In this document: positions 36,964-46,303 of the stretch, piece after piece
Layout: every line of letters starts with the position of its first letter
How positions within the stretch are numbered: the first letter of the stretch is position 1
Source: an uncultured Gemmatimonadales bacterium
GTDB lineage: Bacteria > Gemmatimonadota > Gemmatimonadetes > Gemmatimonadales > GWC2-71-9
DNA: 64,000 nt
NCBI GenBank assembly: GCA_963730185.1
Contig: CAVSQW010000004.1
Coordinates: 64,001-128,000, forward strand
Reading direction: 5' to 3'
Program-made: the position numbers and the translations under genes
The notes under the pieces: generated by a model
What the model was told of the DNA's origin: nothing
Database searches by the model: none
What the model saw: the letters and a program-made list of their open reading frames with translations, nothing else

Positions 36964-38457
36964 CTTCTTCATCTCCACGTACGACGCCAGCGAGTAGTAC
37001 ACCCTCGGCAGGTCGGGGGTCTGAGCGTTGACCATGCCTTCGAGGGTGCCGTCCACCAGCAGGACGTCGAGCTGAAGGGCGTGGAGGTGCCGGTCGACGT
37101 CCGGGGTTGGAATCCGGCCCCAGAAGTCGCCGACCAGACGCCCGTTCCGGAAGGTCGGGTGGTCCAGAACCGACGCGAGCTCGTCGCCGAGTTGGACGTG
37201 GGTGTCGCCGTCCGGTCCGATCCGGAGGGTGATCGGGATGGTGTCCTGCCAAGTGCGGACGTGGCCATGCCACTCGCCGGCCAGGGCGGGGGTCGGATGG
37301 AACGGCAGGGGAGCGGGCGGGGTCGCGCGGGCTCGACGGGCCTGGGCGGAGTCGGCATAACCCGGCAGCATGACTCCGGCCAGGGCCGCGGCCACCGGTT
37401 CGGGGCGGATGCTCGAGTTGACCAGCATCACGATCGCCAGGTCCTTCTCGGGATAGAGCCAAAGCAGGGTCGCCACCCCGGGCATGCCGCCCGAGTGGGC
37501 GACCCGCCGGTAGCCGTTATCGTCGTCGGTGACGATCCAGCCCAGCCCGTAGTCGGCCGGTGCCACCGCTCGGTGCATCAGGTCGATCGTGCGGTCGGCG
37601 AGGATGCGTCGCTGGTCGGCCAGATGGTCCTTCAGGTGGAACATCCCGAAACGCACCAGGTCGTGGGCGCTCGAGTAGACCGCCGAAGCGCCGATGTGGT
37701 CGAACGTGTACCAGGCGATCGGCTGCTGGTGGGCGTAGTAGCGCTCGGCCGCGTACCGCTCCAGACCCGGACCGACGTCGACGCTGGTATGGGTGAGCCC
37801 GAGCGGGAGGAACACCTCCTCGCGCATGAAATCGCGATAGGCCCGGCCCGACACCCGGGTGATGATGTGGTCGATGATCCCGTAGCCGAGGTTGCAGTAC
37901 TGGTAGACGGCGCCGGGCGGGAAGACCAGGATGCCGTACCGCGAGATGGTTTCGTCCATCGACGGCGGGGCATAGCCGCCGTCATCGTAGAAGAACTGGT
38001 AGTGGAGCGGTAAGCCGGCCGTGTGGCTCATGACCCGCCGGACCGTGGCCAGGCTGGCGTCGCCGGCGAGCCCGGTGATCCGACCCAATCCGAGGTAGTC
38101 GTTGGCGGGGTGGGTAATGTCCACCCGGCCGCGTTCCGCCAGCACCATCAATCCGGTGGCCGTGAACGGTTTCGAGATCGATGCCAGCGAGTACATCGTG
38201 TTCGGGGTCGCCGGCGTCAAGGTCTCGCGGTTGGCCCACCCGAAACCCTCCTCCCAGAGGATCTTGCCGTGCTGGGCGACGGCCACGGTGAGCGACGCGG
38301 CCCCGGTCGAGTCGAGAAAGCCCTGAATCCGGGCCCGGATCGGCGAGAATCGATCGGGCTGCTGGGCGGCCGCGAGGGCGGGGGCGGTCGCCGCCAGGCA
38401 CCAGAGTCCGAGGAGCAGTCGGGCCGGGGCCCGCGCGTGACTGGGCCTGCGGGTCAT
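36961..38457 (-). CDS. Serine hydrolase, beta-lactamase (class C-like) family
   Basis: LASISK (SxxK), YCN, HSGG; signal peptide. Confidence 0.9.
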   Translation of the reverse strand: MTRRPSHARAPARLLLGLWCLAATAPALAAAQQPDRFSPIRARIQGFLDSTGAASLTVAVAQHGKILWEEGFGWANRETLTPATPNTMYSLASISKPFTATGLMVLAERGRVDITHPANDYLGLGRITGLAGDASLATVRRVMSHTAGLPLHYQFFYDDGGYAPPSMDETISRYGILVFPPGAVYQYCNLGYGIIDHIITRVSGRAYRDFMREEVFLPLGLTHTSVDVGPGLERYAAERYYAHQQPIAWYTFDHIGASAVYSSAHDLVRFGMFHLKDHLADQRRILADRTIDLMHRAVAPADYGLGWIVTDDDNGYRRVAHSGGMPGVATLLWLYPEKDLAIVMLVNSSIRPEPVAAALAGVMLPGYADSAQARRARATPPAPLPFHPTPALAGEWHGHVRTWQDTIPITLRIGPDGDTHVQLGDELASVLDHPTFRNGRLVGDFWGRIPTPDVDRHLHALQLDVLLVDGTLEGMVNAQTPDLPRVYYSLASYVEMKK

Positions 38458-38554
38458 GGGTAACCTCCGGGGAGCCGAATGGGTCTTCACGGGGAGCTTG
38501 AATGATAGGCTTTGGATGCGATATTGTATACACACTCCAACCGGCGCGCTCCCG

Positions 38555-40231
38555 ATGCTTCGATCCCCAACGATGGTCGTTGGCCTGCTCTTCGTGGCCG
38601 CGTTCCCACCGGTCGCCGTGGCGCAGGCGCCGGCCGGCGAGGCGAGCCCGGCCGCGATCGATTCGGTCTTCAGGCAGTACGATCACAGCTCGACGCCCGG
38701 CTGCGCCCTGGGCGTCTTTCGCGACGGGCGGATCGTCTACGAGCGGGGCTACGGGATGGCGGACCTCAACCAGGGGATCGCCATCACCCCGCATACCGTC
38801 TTCTACATCGCGTCCACCTCCAAACAGTTCACCGCGTTCGCCACGGCACTGCTGGTCGAGCAGGGGCGGATCGCCCTCTCGGACCCGGTCCGGAAGTACG
38901 TTCCCGAGCTCCCGGCCTGGGGCGATTCGATCACGGTGGACGAGCTGGTGCACCACACCAGCGGCGCGCGCGACTACCTGGGGCTCTGGGGCATGTCGGG
39001 CCGTTCGTTCGCTGACGAGATCCCGAGCGTCGAGGCGCTGGCGCTGATTTCCCGGCAGCGGGCGCTCAACTTCGCGCCGGGGAGCGAGTGGTCGTACAGC
39101 AACTCCGGCTTCTTCCTGCTCTCGGAGATCGTCGGGCGGGTGACGGGTGGCTCGCTCCGGCAGTTCACCGAGCAGGCGATGTTCGGTCCGCTGGGGATGC
39201 GGTCGACGCACTTCCACGACGACAACGCCGAGATCGTGCCGGATCGGGCGGAGGGCTATCAGCCGGACGGGGCGGGCGGGTTCCAGATCGTCCGAACCAG
39301 CTTCGCCCTGGTGGGCGACGGCGGGCTTCTCACCACGGTGGAAGACCTCGCCAAGTGGGACGAGAACTTCTACCACAACCGGCTGGGCGGGGGCCAGGCC
39401 CTGATCGACCGGGTCACCACGCCGGGGCATCTCGCCGACGGCGAGGCAATCGACTACGCCTTCGGCCTCTTCAAGGGCACCCACCGCGGCCTGACCATGA
39501 TCCAGCACGGCGGGTCGTTTATCGGCTTCCGGGCGCAGCTGACCCGGTTTCCGACCGAGCACTTCTCGGTGGCGGTGCTCTGCAACGACTATACGGCGCA
39601 GCCCGAGGCGATGGCCCTCCGGGTGGCCGACCGGTATCTGGCCGATCGGCTGGCGCCGGAGCCGACCAAGGCGGCGGGGCCCGGCGGCGCCGGGGTGCCG
39701 GTGTCTCTGGCGGCCTTGGACCGGTTGGTGGGCCGCTATGCGATCGTGCCCGGCCTGGTGGTTTCCGTGGTCCGGGATTCGGGCGGCCTGGCCGCCCGAA
39801 TCCGGGGCGCCCCGCCGATGTCGTTGCGGGCCACCTCCGACTCCACCTTCACGGCGGAGGGTCTCCCCGGCGAGCTTCGCTTCACCGGATCCGGGGCGCC
39901 CGCCTTGGCCGTGCCCGGAATGGGCGTCAAGGTGCCGGCGCCCCGGCTCGTCGACCCGCCGCCGCTCACGCCGTCGGCGCTGGCGGCCTACACCGGTCGC
40001 TACACCAGCGACGAGCTCGACACCTGGGTCGAGCTCCGGGCCGCCGACGGCGGTCTGGAGGTTCGGCGCCGGTTCCAGCCCTGGGAGAAGCTCCAGGCCA
40101 TCGCTCCGGATCGGTTCGTGGGCGGCGGCTCGGAGGCCCGCTTCGAGCGTGACCGTCGGGGCCGGGTGACCGGGTTCACCCTCAATGCAGCCCGGGTGCT
40201 GGGTATCCAGTTCGTGAAAGCCGGACCCTGA
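38555..40231 (+). CDS. Serine hydrolase, beta-lactamase / D-aminopeptidase family
   Basis: PGCA, IASTSKQF, YSNSG, GDGG, HGG; C-terminal YTGRYTSDEL domain. Confidence 0.92.
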   Translation: MLRSPTMVVGLLFVAAFPPVAVAQAPAGEASPAAIDSVFRQYDHSSTPGCALGVFRDGRIVYERGYGMADLNQGIAITPHTVFYIASTSKQFTAFATALLVEQGRIALSDPVRKYVPELPAWGDSITVDELVHHTSGARDYLGLWGMSGRSFADEIPSVEALALISRQRALNFAPGSEWSYSNSGFFLLSEIVGRVTGGSLRQFTEQAMFGPLGMRSTHFHDDNAEIVPDRAEGYQPDGAGGFQIVRTSFALVGDGGLLTTVEDLAKWDENFYHNRLGGGQALIDRVTTPGHLADGEAIDYAFGLFKGTHRGLTMIQHGGSFIGFRAQLTRFPTEHFSVAVLCNDYTAQPEAMALRVADRYLADRLAPEPTKAAGPGGAGVPVSLAALDRLVGRYAIVPGLVVSVVRDSGGLAARIRGAPPMSLRATSDSTFTAEGLPGELRFTGSGAPALAVPGMGVKVPAPRLVDPPPLTPSALAAYTGRYTSDELDTWVELRAADGGLEVRRRFQPWEKLQAIAPDRFVGGGSEARFERDRRGRVTGFTLNAARVLGIQFVKAGP

Positions 40232-40254
40232 TCTTCATCCCACTTCGAGGCGCC

Positions 40255-42327
40255 ATGTCGACTCGTCCCTTGCTTCGGGTCCTGCTGCTGCTCGCGATCG
40301 CGACGCCGCTCCAGGCCCAGGATGCCACCCTCGACGCGCTCCTGGGCGCGCCCTTTCCCGAAGATCTCGTGGCCGCGCCCACCGGCGGCACGGTCGCGTG
40401 GGTGCACATCACCCGGGGCGTGCGGAACGTCTGGGCGGCCGCCGGGCCGGACTATCGCGGCCGCCAGCTCACCGCCTACACCGTCGACGACGGTCAGGAG
40501 ATCGCGGACCTGGCCTTCTCGGCCGACGGCCGCACGCTCTACTACGTCCGGGGCGGAGCCCCCAATCGTTCAGGCGAGATCCCCAACCCGGACAGCGACC
40601 CCGCGGGTCAGGAGCGGGCGGTCTGGCGGGTGAGCGTCAGTGGCGGCGCCCCGGTCCGGGTCGGGGTGGGGTCGGGGCCGGCCCCGGCGCCCAAGGGCGA
40701 CGCGCTGCTCTTCCTCAATCGGGGGCAGATCTGGTCCGCGGGCGAACGAGGCGAGGCCCGGCAGCTGGTGAAGGCGCGGGGCTCGATCGGCGAGCTGGTC
40801 TGGTCGCCGGACGGATCGAAGGTCGCCTTCTCGAGCCGGCGGGGCGATCACGCCTTCGTCGGGGTCTACGATGTCGGCGCCAAGCGGCTCGCGTGGATCG
40901 ATCCGAGTTTCGATACCGATGTGGATCCGGCCTGGTCGCCGGACGGCCGGCGGATCGCCTTCATCCGGATTCCGGCCGGCTTCAACCCGCCGCTCTTCGG
41001 TCCGATCCGCCAGTACCAGCCGTGGTCGATTCGGGTGGCCGACGTGGCCACCGGCGCGGGGCATGAGGTCTGGCGCGCTCTGGACGGGAAGGGAAGCGTG
41101 CTGCACGGCGTGGTCGGCCCGACCTTGATCTGGGCCGCCGGAGACCGGCTGGTGTTTCCCTGGGAACGCGACGGCTGGAGCCACCTCTACGCTCTGGACG
41201 CGGCCGGCGGGCAGCCCACGCTCCTCACCCCGGGGGAGGGTGAGGTGGAGTACGTGGCGGCCGCGCCGGATCGGCGGTCGATCATCTACAACACCAACAT
41301 CGGCGACATCGATCGCCGCCACCTCTTCCAGGTGTCGGTGGCCGGTGGCGCGCCGACCGCGCTCACCACCGGGACCGGGATCGAGTGGGCGCCCGCGCCG
41401 ACGGCCGATGGACAGGCGCTCGCCTTCCTGGCGTCGGATGCGACGACGCCCGGCCATCCGGCGGTCGAGATCGGCGGACAGGTCCGGTCCATGGTGGAGG
41501 GTGCGCTGCCGGCCGGCTTCCCCAGTGCCCAGCTGGTCACGCCGGAACAGGTGATCTTTTCGGCCTCGGACGGTCTCCAGATCCACGGCCAGCTCTTCCT
41601 GCCCAAGAACGCCCGGGCCGGCGACCATCGACCGGCGCTGCTCTTCTTCCACGGCGGCTCCCGGCGTCAGATGCTCCTGGGCTGGCACTACATGTTCTAC
41701 TACAGCAACGCGTACGCGATGAACCAGTACCTGGCCGGTCTCGGCTACGTGGTGCTCTCGGTGAACTACCGGAGCGGGGTCGGCTACGGGATGGAGTTCC
41801 GCGAGGCGCTCGACTACGGTGCGACCGGCGCGACGGAGTTCAACGACGTGATGGGCGCCGGCCTCTATCTTCAGCATCGCCCGGAGGTGGATCCCGACCG
41901 GATCGGGCTCTGGGGCGGGTCGTACGGTGGCTACCTCACGGCGATGGGGCTCGCGAAGGCCTCGAACCTGTTCAAGGCCGGCGTCGACCTGCACGGAGTG
42001 CACGACTGGAACGAAGGCATCCAAACGTTCGTGCCGAGCTACAACCCGCTGGACCGCCCCGAGGCCGCGCGGCTGGCATTCGAGTCGTCGCCGCTGGCCT
42101 GGGTGGATACCTGGAAGTCCCCGGTCCTGGTGATCCAGGGCGACGACGACCGGAACGTGGACTTCCACCAGACGGTACGCCTGATCACGGCGCTCCGGGC
42201 GCGGGGCGTCACGGTGGAGCAGCTGGCCTTTCCGGACGAAGTGCACGACTTCCTGGCGGGCGTGACTTGGCGCCGAGCCTACGCCGCGACGGCGGACTTC
42301 TTCCAACGGCGGCTGGGTCGGCCGTGA
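40255..42327 (+). CDS. S9 family peptidase with PD40/TolB propeller
   Basis: WSPDG repeats, HGG, NYRSG, GGSYGG, QGDDD, DEVH. Confidence 0.92.
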   Translation: MSTRPLLRVLLLLAIATPLQAQDATLDALLGAPFPEDLVAAPTGGTVAWVHITRGVRNVWAAAGPDYRGRQLTAYTVDDGQEIADLAFSADGRTLYYVRGGAPNRSGEIPNPDSDPAGQERAVWRVSVSGGAPVRVGVGSGPAPAPKGDALLFLNRGQIWSAGERGEARQLVKARGSIGELVWSPDGSKVAFSSRRGDHAFVGVYDVGAKRLAWIDPSFDTDVDPAWSPDGRRIAFIRIPAGFNPPLFGPIRQYQPWSIRVADVATGAGHEVWRALDGKGSVLHGVVGPTLIWAAGDRLVFPWERDGWSHLYALDAAGGQPTLLTPGEGEVEYVAAAPDRRSIIYNTNIGDIDRRHLFQVSVAGGAPTALTTGTGIEWAPAPTADGQALAFLASDATTPGHPAVEIGGQVRSMVEGALPAGFPSAQLVTPEQVIFSASDGLQIHGQLFLPKNARAGDHRPALLFFHGGSRRQMLLGWHYMFYYSNAYAMNQYLAGLGYVVLSVNYRSGVGYGMEFREALDYGATGATEFNDVMGAGLYLQHRPEVDPDRIGLWGGSYGGYLTAMGLAKASNLFKAGVDLHGVHDWNEGIQTFVPSYNPLDRPEAARLAFESSPLAWVDTWKSPVLVIQGDDDRNVDFHQTVRLITALRARGVTVEQLAFPDEVHDFLAGVTWRRAYAATADFFQRRLGRP

Positions 42328-42361
42328 CCGCGGAGCTGGATGTCCGGCGGCGGAGTCGGTG

Positions 42362-43606
42362 ATGAAGCGAACCATCGTGGTGGGCGCCGGCGCGGTCGGC
42401 CTCGGATGCGCCTATGCGCTTCGGCGGCGGGGCCGTGACGTAATCGTCCTGGACCGGGGCCAGCCGGGTCAGGCCTGCACCCGCGGCAACGCGGGCTGGA
42501 TCACGCCGTCGATCTCGGGGCCGATCCCGGCCCCGGGACTGACCTGGACCTCGCTCAAGTGGATGCTCCGGAGCGACAGCCCGCTCTACATCTCGCCCCG
42601 GGCGGTGCCGTCGCTCTCCCGCTGGCTCTGGCGCTTCTGGCGCCACTGCAACCAGCGGGACTTCGTCCACGGGCTCCGGGCTACGGCGGAGCTCAACCGC
42701 CGGACGTTTGCGCTCTTCGACCAGCTGGAGCGGGAGGGGGTCGAGTTCGAGCTCCATCGGCAGGGGCTCCTCTACGTGTTCCTCGACGAGCGCTACCTGC
42801 GTGCCGCGCTCCAGGACTTTCCCTACTACAAGGAATACGGATACGACGTGCCGGAGCCGCTCAGCGCCGAGGCGCTCCGGCGCGAGGAGCCGTCGCTCTC
42901 GGCCCGGGTGAAGGGCGGCTTTCTGGTCCCTCAGGAGTACCACGTCCGGCCCGAGACGTTGGCCCGAGGTTATGCCGAGCGCCTGGCCGGGCTCGGGGTG
43001 GAGATCCGACCGGGGGTCGAGGTCACCGGGCTGGTGCGGCGCCAGGATATCGCGGTCGGGGTGGAGACGGCGGGTGGCCTGGTCGAGGGTGATAGCGTGC
43101 TGGTCGCGGCCGGGGCGTGGAGCGGTCAGGTGATCGAGGGCTTCGGGGTGTCGCTGCCGGTCCAGGCGGGCAAGGGCTACAGTATCACCTTCAACGGCGC
43201 CGGTCCCCAGCTCAAGCGCCCGCTCTATCTCGGGGAGGCGAAGGTGGGATGCTCGCCGTTCGAGGGCGCCGTGCGGTTCGCGGGCACGATGGAGCTCTCC
43301 GGCGTGAACACGGTGCTCGATCCCCGGCGGGTGGTGGGCATCCGCCGGGGGATCCAGCCCTACTTCGACCTCGACGTGCAGGGTGCCCCCGGGGAGGAGT
43401 GGGTCGGGATGCGGCCCCTCACGCCCGACGGCCTGCCGCTGCTGGGCCGGGTGCCGGGCCATCGGAACCTCTTCGTGGCCACCGGGCACGCGATGCTGGG
43501 CATCACCCTGGCGCCGGTCACCGGTGAGGTGATGGCCGACCTGATCACCGAGGCCGTGCCTGACACCCAGTACGCGGCGTTCGAGCCGGGACGCTTCCGA
43601 TGGTAG
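42362..43606 (+). CDS. D-amino acid dehydrogenase (DadA-like) FAD oxidoreductase
   Basis: VVGAGAVG, GNAG, GKGYS, GTME, GMRPLTPDGLP, GHAMLG. Confidence 0.88.
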   Translation: MKRTIVVGAGAVGLGCAYALRRRGRDVIVLDRGQPGQACTRGNAGWITPSISGPIPAPGLTWTSLKWMLRSDSPLYISPRAVPSLSRWLWRFWRHCNQRDFVHGLRATAELNRRTFALFDQLEREGVEFELHRQGLLYVFLDERYLRAALQDFPYYKEYGYDVPEPLSAEALRREEPSLSARVKGGFLVPQEYHVRPETLARGYAERLAGLGVEIRPGVEVTGLVRRQDIAVGVETAGGLVEGDSVLVAAGAWSGQVIEGFGVSLPVQAGKGYSITFNGAGPQLKRPLYLGEAKVGCSPFEGAVRFAGTMELSGVNTVLDPRRVVGIRRGIQPYFDLDVQGAPGEEWVGMRPLTPDGLPLLGRVPGHRNLFVATGHAMLGITLAPVTGEVMADLITEAVPDTQYAAFEPGRFRW

Positions 43607-44724
43607 CCGACGCCATCGCCGCCGAAGCGCGGGCCCTGCACCAGCGATCGCTGGTGTGGGACGCGCACATGGACACCCTCCAGGCCCCGGTGTGCGAGGG
43701 CGTCGATCTCGGCGAGCCAAACCCGGGCTGGCCCGATCTCGGTCACTGGCGCCGAGGCGGGATCCGGGCGCAGGTGTTCGCGGTCTGGGTCGACACGATC
43801 TACGGTCCGGCCTGGGGCCTCCGGCGCGCGCTCCAGCAGGTCGAGGCGTTTCACCGCCTCTGCGAGCGGCATCCCGATCAGATCGAAGCGGCCCGAACCG
43901 GCGCCGACATCCGGCGGATCGTCAAGTCGGGGCGGTTGGCCGGGCTCCTGTCGCTCGAGGGCGGGATGGCCATCCAGAACGACCTCGCGGTGCTCCGGAC
44001 CTTTCATCGGCTCGGGGTGAGCTCGATGACCCTGACCCACTCCAACTCGATCGACTGGGTCGATTCGTCGACGGACGTGCCCCGGTCCAACGGGCTGAGC
44101 GAGTTCGGTCGAGAGGTGGTGCGGGAGATGAACCGGCTGGGGATGGTGGTCGACGTCTCCCACGTGTCGGACCAGGCGGTCCGCGATGTGCTGGCCACCT
44201 CGACCCACCCGGTGGTCGCGACCCATTCCTGTGCCCACGCGCTCCACGCCCACCCGAGGAACCTGACCGATCAGTTGATCCGGAGCATCGCCGACGGCGG
44301 TGGGGTGGTGGGTCTCAACTTCATGTCGATGTTCCTCGAGGCCGAGATCTGGCGGACCTGTCTGGAGCTCGACCAGGATCTGCTCGCCGAGCTCAACCGG
44401 CCGCCGACCGTCGCTCCGGCGGATCTCGACGCGGAGGCGGCTCGCCGGGTCCGGGCGTTCTTCACGGCCAGCCTGCCTCCCGTCCCGCTCGACCGGCTGG
44501 CCGACCATCTGATTCACTTCCTGTCGGTCGCGGGCGAGGACCACGTGGGGCTGGGCAGTGACATGGGCTCGCCCGGACTGGCGTTTCCCGTGGGGCTCGA
44601 CTCGCCGGCCGACTTTCCGCGGGTGACCGAGGTGCTGCTCCGGCGCGGGGTGAGCCCGGGCGTGGTGGAGAAGGTGTTGGGGAAGAACTTTCTCCGGGTC
44701 TGGGAGGAAGTGACCCGGAGCTGA
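43600..44724 (+). CDS. Membrane dipeptidase family (M19)
   Basis: DAHMD, SLEGG, TLTH, EMNRLGMVVDVSH, ATHS, RNLTD, GLGSD, LGKNFLRV. Confidence 0.92.
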   Translation: MVADAIAAEARALHQRSLVWDAHMDTLQAPVCEGVDLGEPNPGWPDLGHWRRGGIRAQVFAVWVDTIYGPAWGLRRALQQVEAFHRLCERHPDQIEAARTGADIRRIVKSGRLAGLLSLEGGMAIQNDLAVLRTFHRLGVSSMTLTHSNSIDWVDSSTDVPRSNGLSEFGREVVREMNRLGMVVDVSHVSDQAVRDVLATSTHPVVATHSCAHALHAHPRNLTDQLIRSIADGGGVVGLNFMSMFLEAEIWRTCLELDQDLLAELNRPPTVAPADLDAEAARRVRAFFTASLPPVPLDRLADHLIHFLSVAGEDHVGLGSDMGSPGLAFPVGLDSPADFPRVTEVLLRRGVSPGVVEKVLGKNFLRVWEEVTRS

Positions 44725-44730
44725 TACGGC

Positions 44731-45311
44731 TCAGCCTGCCGCCCGTTTGTCCCAAGAGCGGGCCAGGCCGTGGTAGCTGGTCCGGAAGTCGGCGAACCCC
44801 GCATAGGTGGCGATGTCGTCCGGCGAGCCCAAGGCGGCCGGCCGGCCCATGATCTCGGCGTGGAACCGGTCGGCCCGCGCGCCGTCGGTCAGGTCCTGGT
44901 CGGGCCGGAGCCGGCGGGCCGTTCCGGCCCTGTCGGCGATCGGGCACCGGGAGGAAGGGCCCCCAGAGCGAGTCCATCCAATCCCCGTAGATTCGGGTGG
45001 CGCTCGCCGGCAGCTTGGCCGGATCGACGAGGTGTCGGGCGCCCCGTTCGTGGACGTTCGACCGTGACCTCCGGATTGACCTGGGCCAGTGATCCGACCG
45101 CGCCGGCGTGGTCGAGGTGGATGTGGCTGAGGAGCACGGCGTGGAGATCGCCCACCCCCAGGCCGCGCTCGGCCAGCCCCGCCTCCAGCGCCGCCACGGT
45201 GGAGCCCGGCCCGGTATCGATCGGCACGGGGCCCCGACCGGTGGCGAGGACCTCGACCGCGACGTACTCGCTCCGGCCTTGGTGCCTGGTGTCGATCGTG
45301 AAATCTTCCAT
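44731..45311 (-). pseudogene. MBL-fold hydrolase remnant (frameshifts and an internal deletion)
   Basis: Three frames: IDTGP..SHIHLDHAG; then VHERGARHLVDPAKL..SATRIYG..LWG.FLPVP; then SYHGLARSWDKR*. The middle His/Asp ligand region is absent. Confidence 0.75.
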
Positions 45312-45321
45312 GGAGATACGG

Positions 45322-45541
45322 ATTGGTGAGTCGTGAGTGGTGAATGGGGAGTGAGTGGGCGGTGATGAGTAGGGGGGCGCCCGGTGCGCCCGAGGAGAAT
45401 ACACCGTATCATACCCGGCGGCCTCGCTTCGGGAATTCGGGTCGCCGTCCGTCGCCCGCGCCATGCATGACCCACGACCCACGACCCACTCGCTACTCAC
45501 GAGTCACTCCCGATTCACCACTCACGAGCCACGAATCACGA
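45322..45541. repeat. Degenerate heptamer inverted-repeat element, copy C (arms flank a ~90 nt core between divergent genes)
   Basis: tggtgag tcgtgag tggtgaa tggggag tgag tgggcgg tgatgag taggggg; right arm cccacga cccacga ccca ctcgcta ctcacga gtca ctcccga ttcacca ctcacga gccacga atcacga. Confidence 0.8.
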
Positions 45542-45542
45542 T

Positions 45543-46301
45543 ATGGCCAGGGTCATCATCACCGCCGCGGCATCCGGCATCGGTCGGGCGATCGCCGAGC
45601 GATTTCTCGCCGACGAGGCTCGGGTCTTCATCTGCGACGTCGACGGGGCCGCGCTGGAGCGGACCCTGGCCGAGCTCCCGGGGCTGGCCGGGTCGGTGAC
45701 CGACGTCGGGTCGGCGCCGGCGGTCGAGCGGATGATCGGCCAGGCGCTCGACACCCTCGGCGGGGTCGACGTGCTGATCAACAACCACGGGATTGCCGGG
45801 CCGCGGGGGCCGGTGGAGACGATCCCCTACGACGAGTGGGACCGCACCATCACGGTCAACCTGAACGGGATGTTCTACACCATCCGGAACGTGGTCCCGG
45901 CGATGAAGGCGCAGGGGAGTGGCTGCATCCTCAACCTGGCGACGACCTCGGCTCGGACCGGGCTGCCCAACCGCTCGCCCTACGTCGCCGGCAAGGTGGG
46001 CGTGCTCGGTCTCACCAAGACGCTGGCGCGCGAGCTGGGGCCGTCCAACATCCGGGTCAACGCGGTGCTCCCCGGCTTCATGGACAACCCGCGGGGGCGG
46101 GGCGTGCTGGCCAAGGTCGCGAAGGCCAAGGGGGTGTCGCTGGAGGCGATGGAGCGGGACGCGCTCCGCTACGTCTCGATGCGCACTTGGATCCAGATGA
46201 GCGAGGTGGCCGACGCCTGCGCCTTTCTGGCGAGCGATGCCGCCCGCCATGTCTCGGGCCAGGAGTTGGCGGTGTGCGGCAACGCCGAATGGGAGGAATA
46301 G
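45543..46301 (+). CDS. SDR family oxidoreductase
   Basis: TAAASGIG, NNHG, YVAGK, IRVNAVLPG. Confidence 0.9.
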   Translation: MARVIITAAASGIGRAIAERFLADEARVFICDVDGAALERTLAELPGLAGSVTDVGSAPAVERMIGQALDTLGGVDVLINNHGIAGPRGPVETIPYDEWDRTITVNLNGMFYTIRNVVPAMKAQGSGCILNLATTSARTGLPNRSPYVAGKVGVLGLTKTLARELGPSNIRVNAVLPGFMDNPRGRGVLAKVAKAKGVSLEAMERDALRYVSMRTWIQMSEVADACAFLASDAARHVSGQELAVCGNAEWEE

Positions 46302-46303
46302 CC

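Noticed and set aside
36961..40231. Beta-lactam resistance genes
   Set aside because: SxxK/YxN with HxG and C-terminal extensions fit peptidase/esterase members of the family, not KTG-type beta-lactamases.
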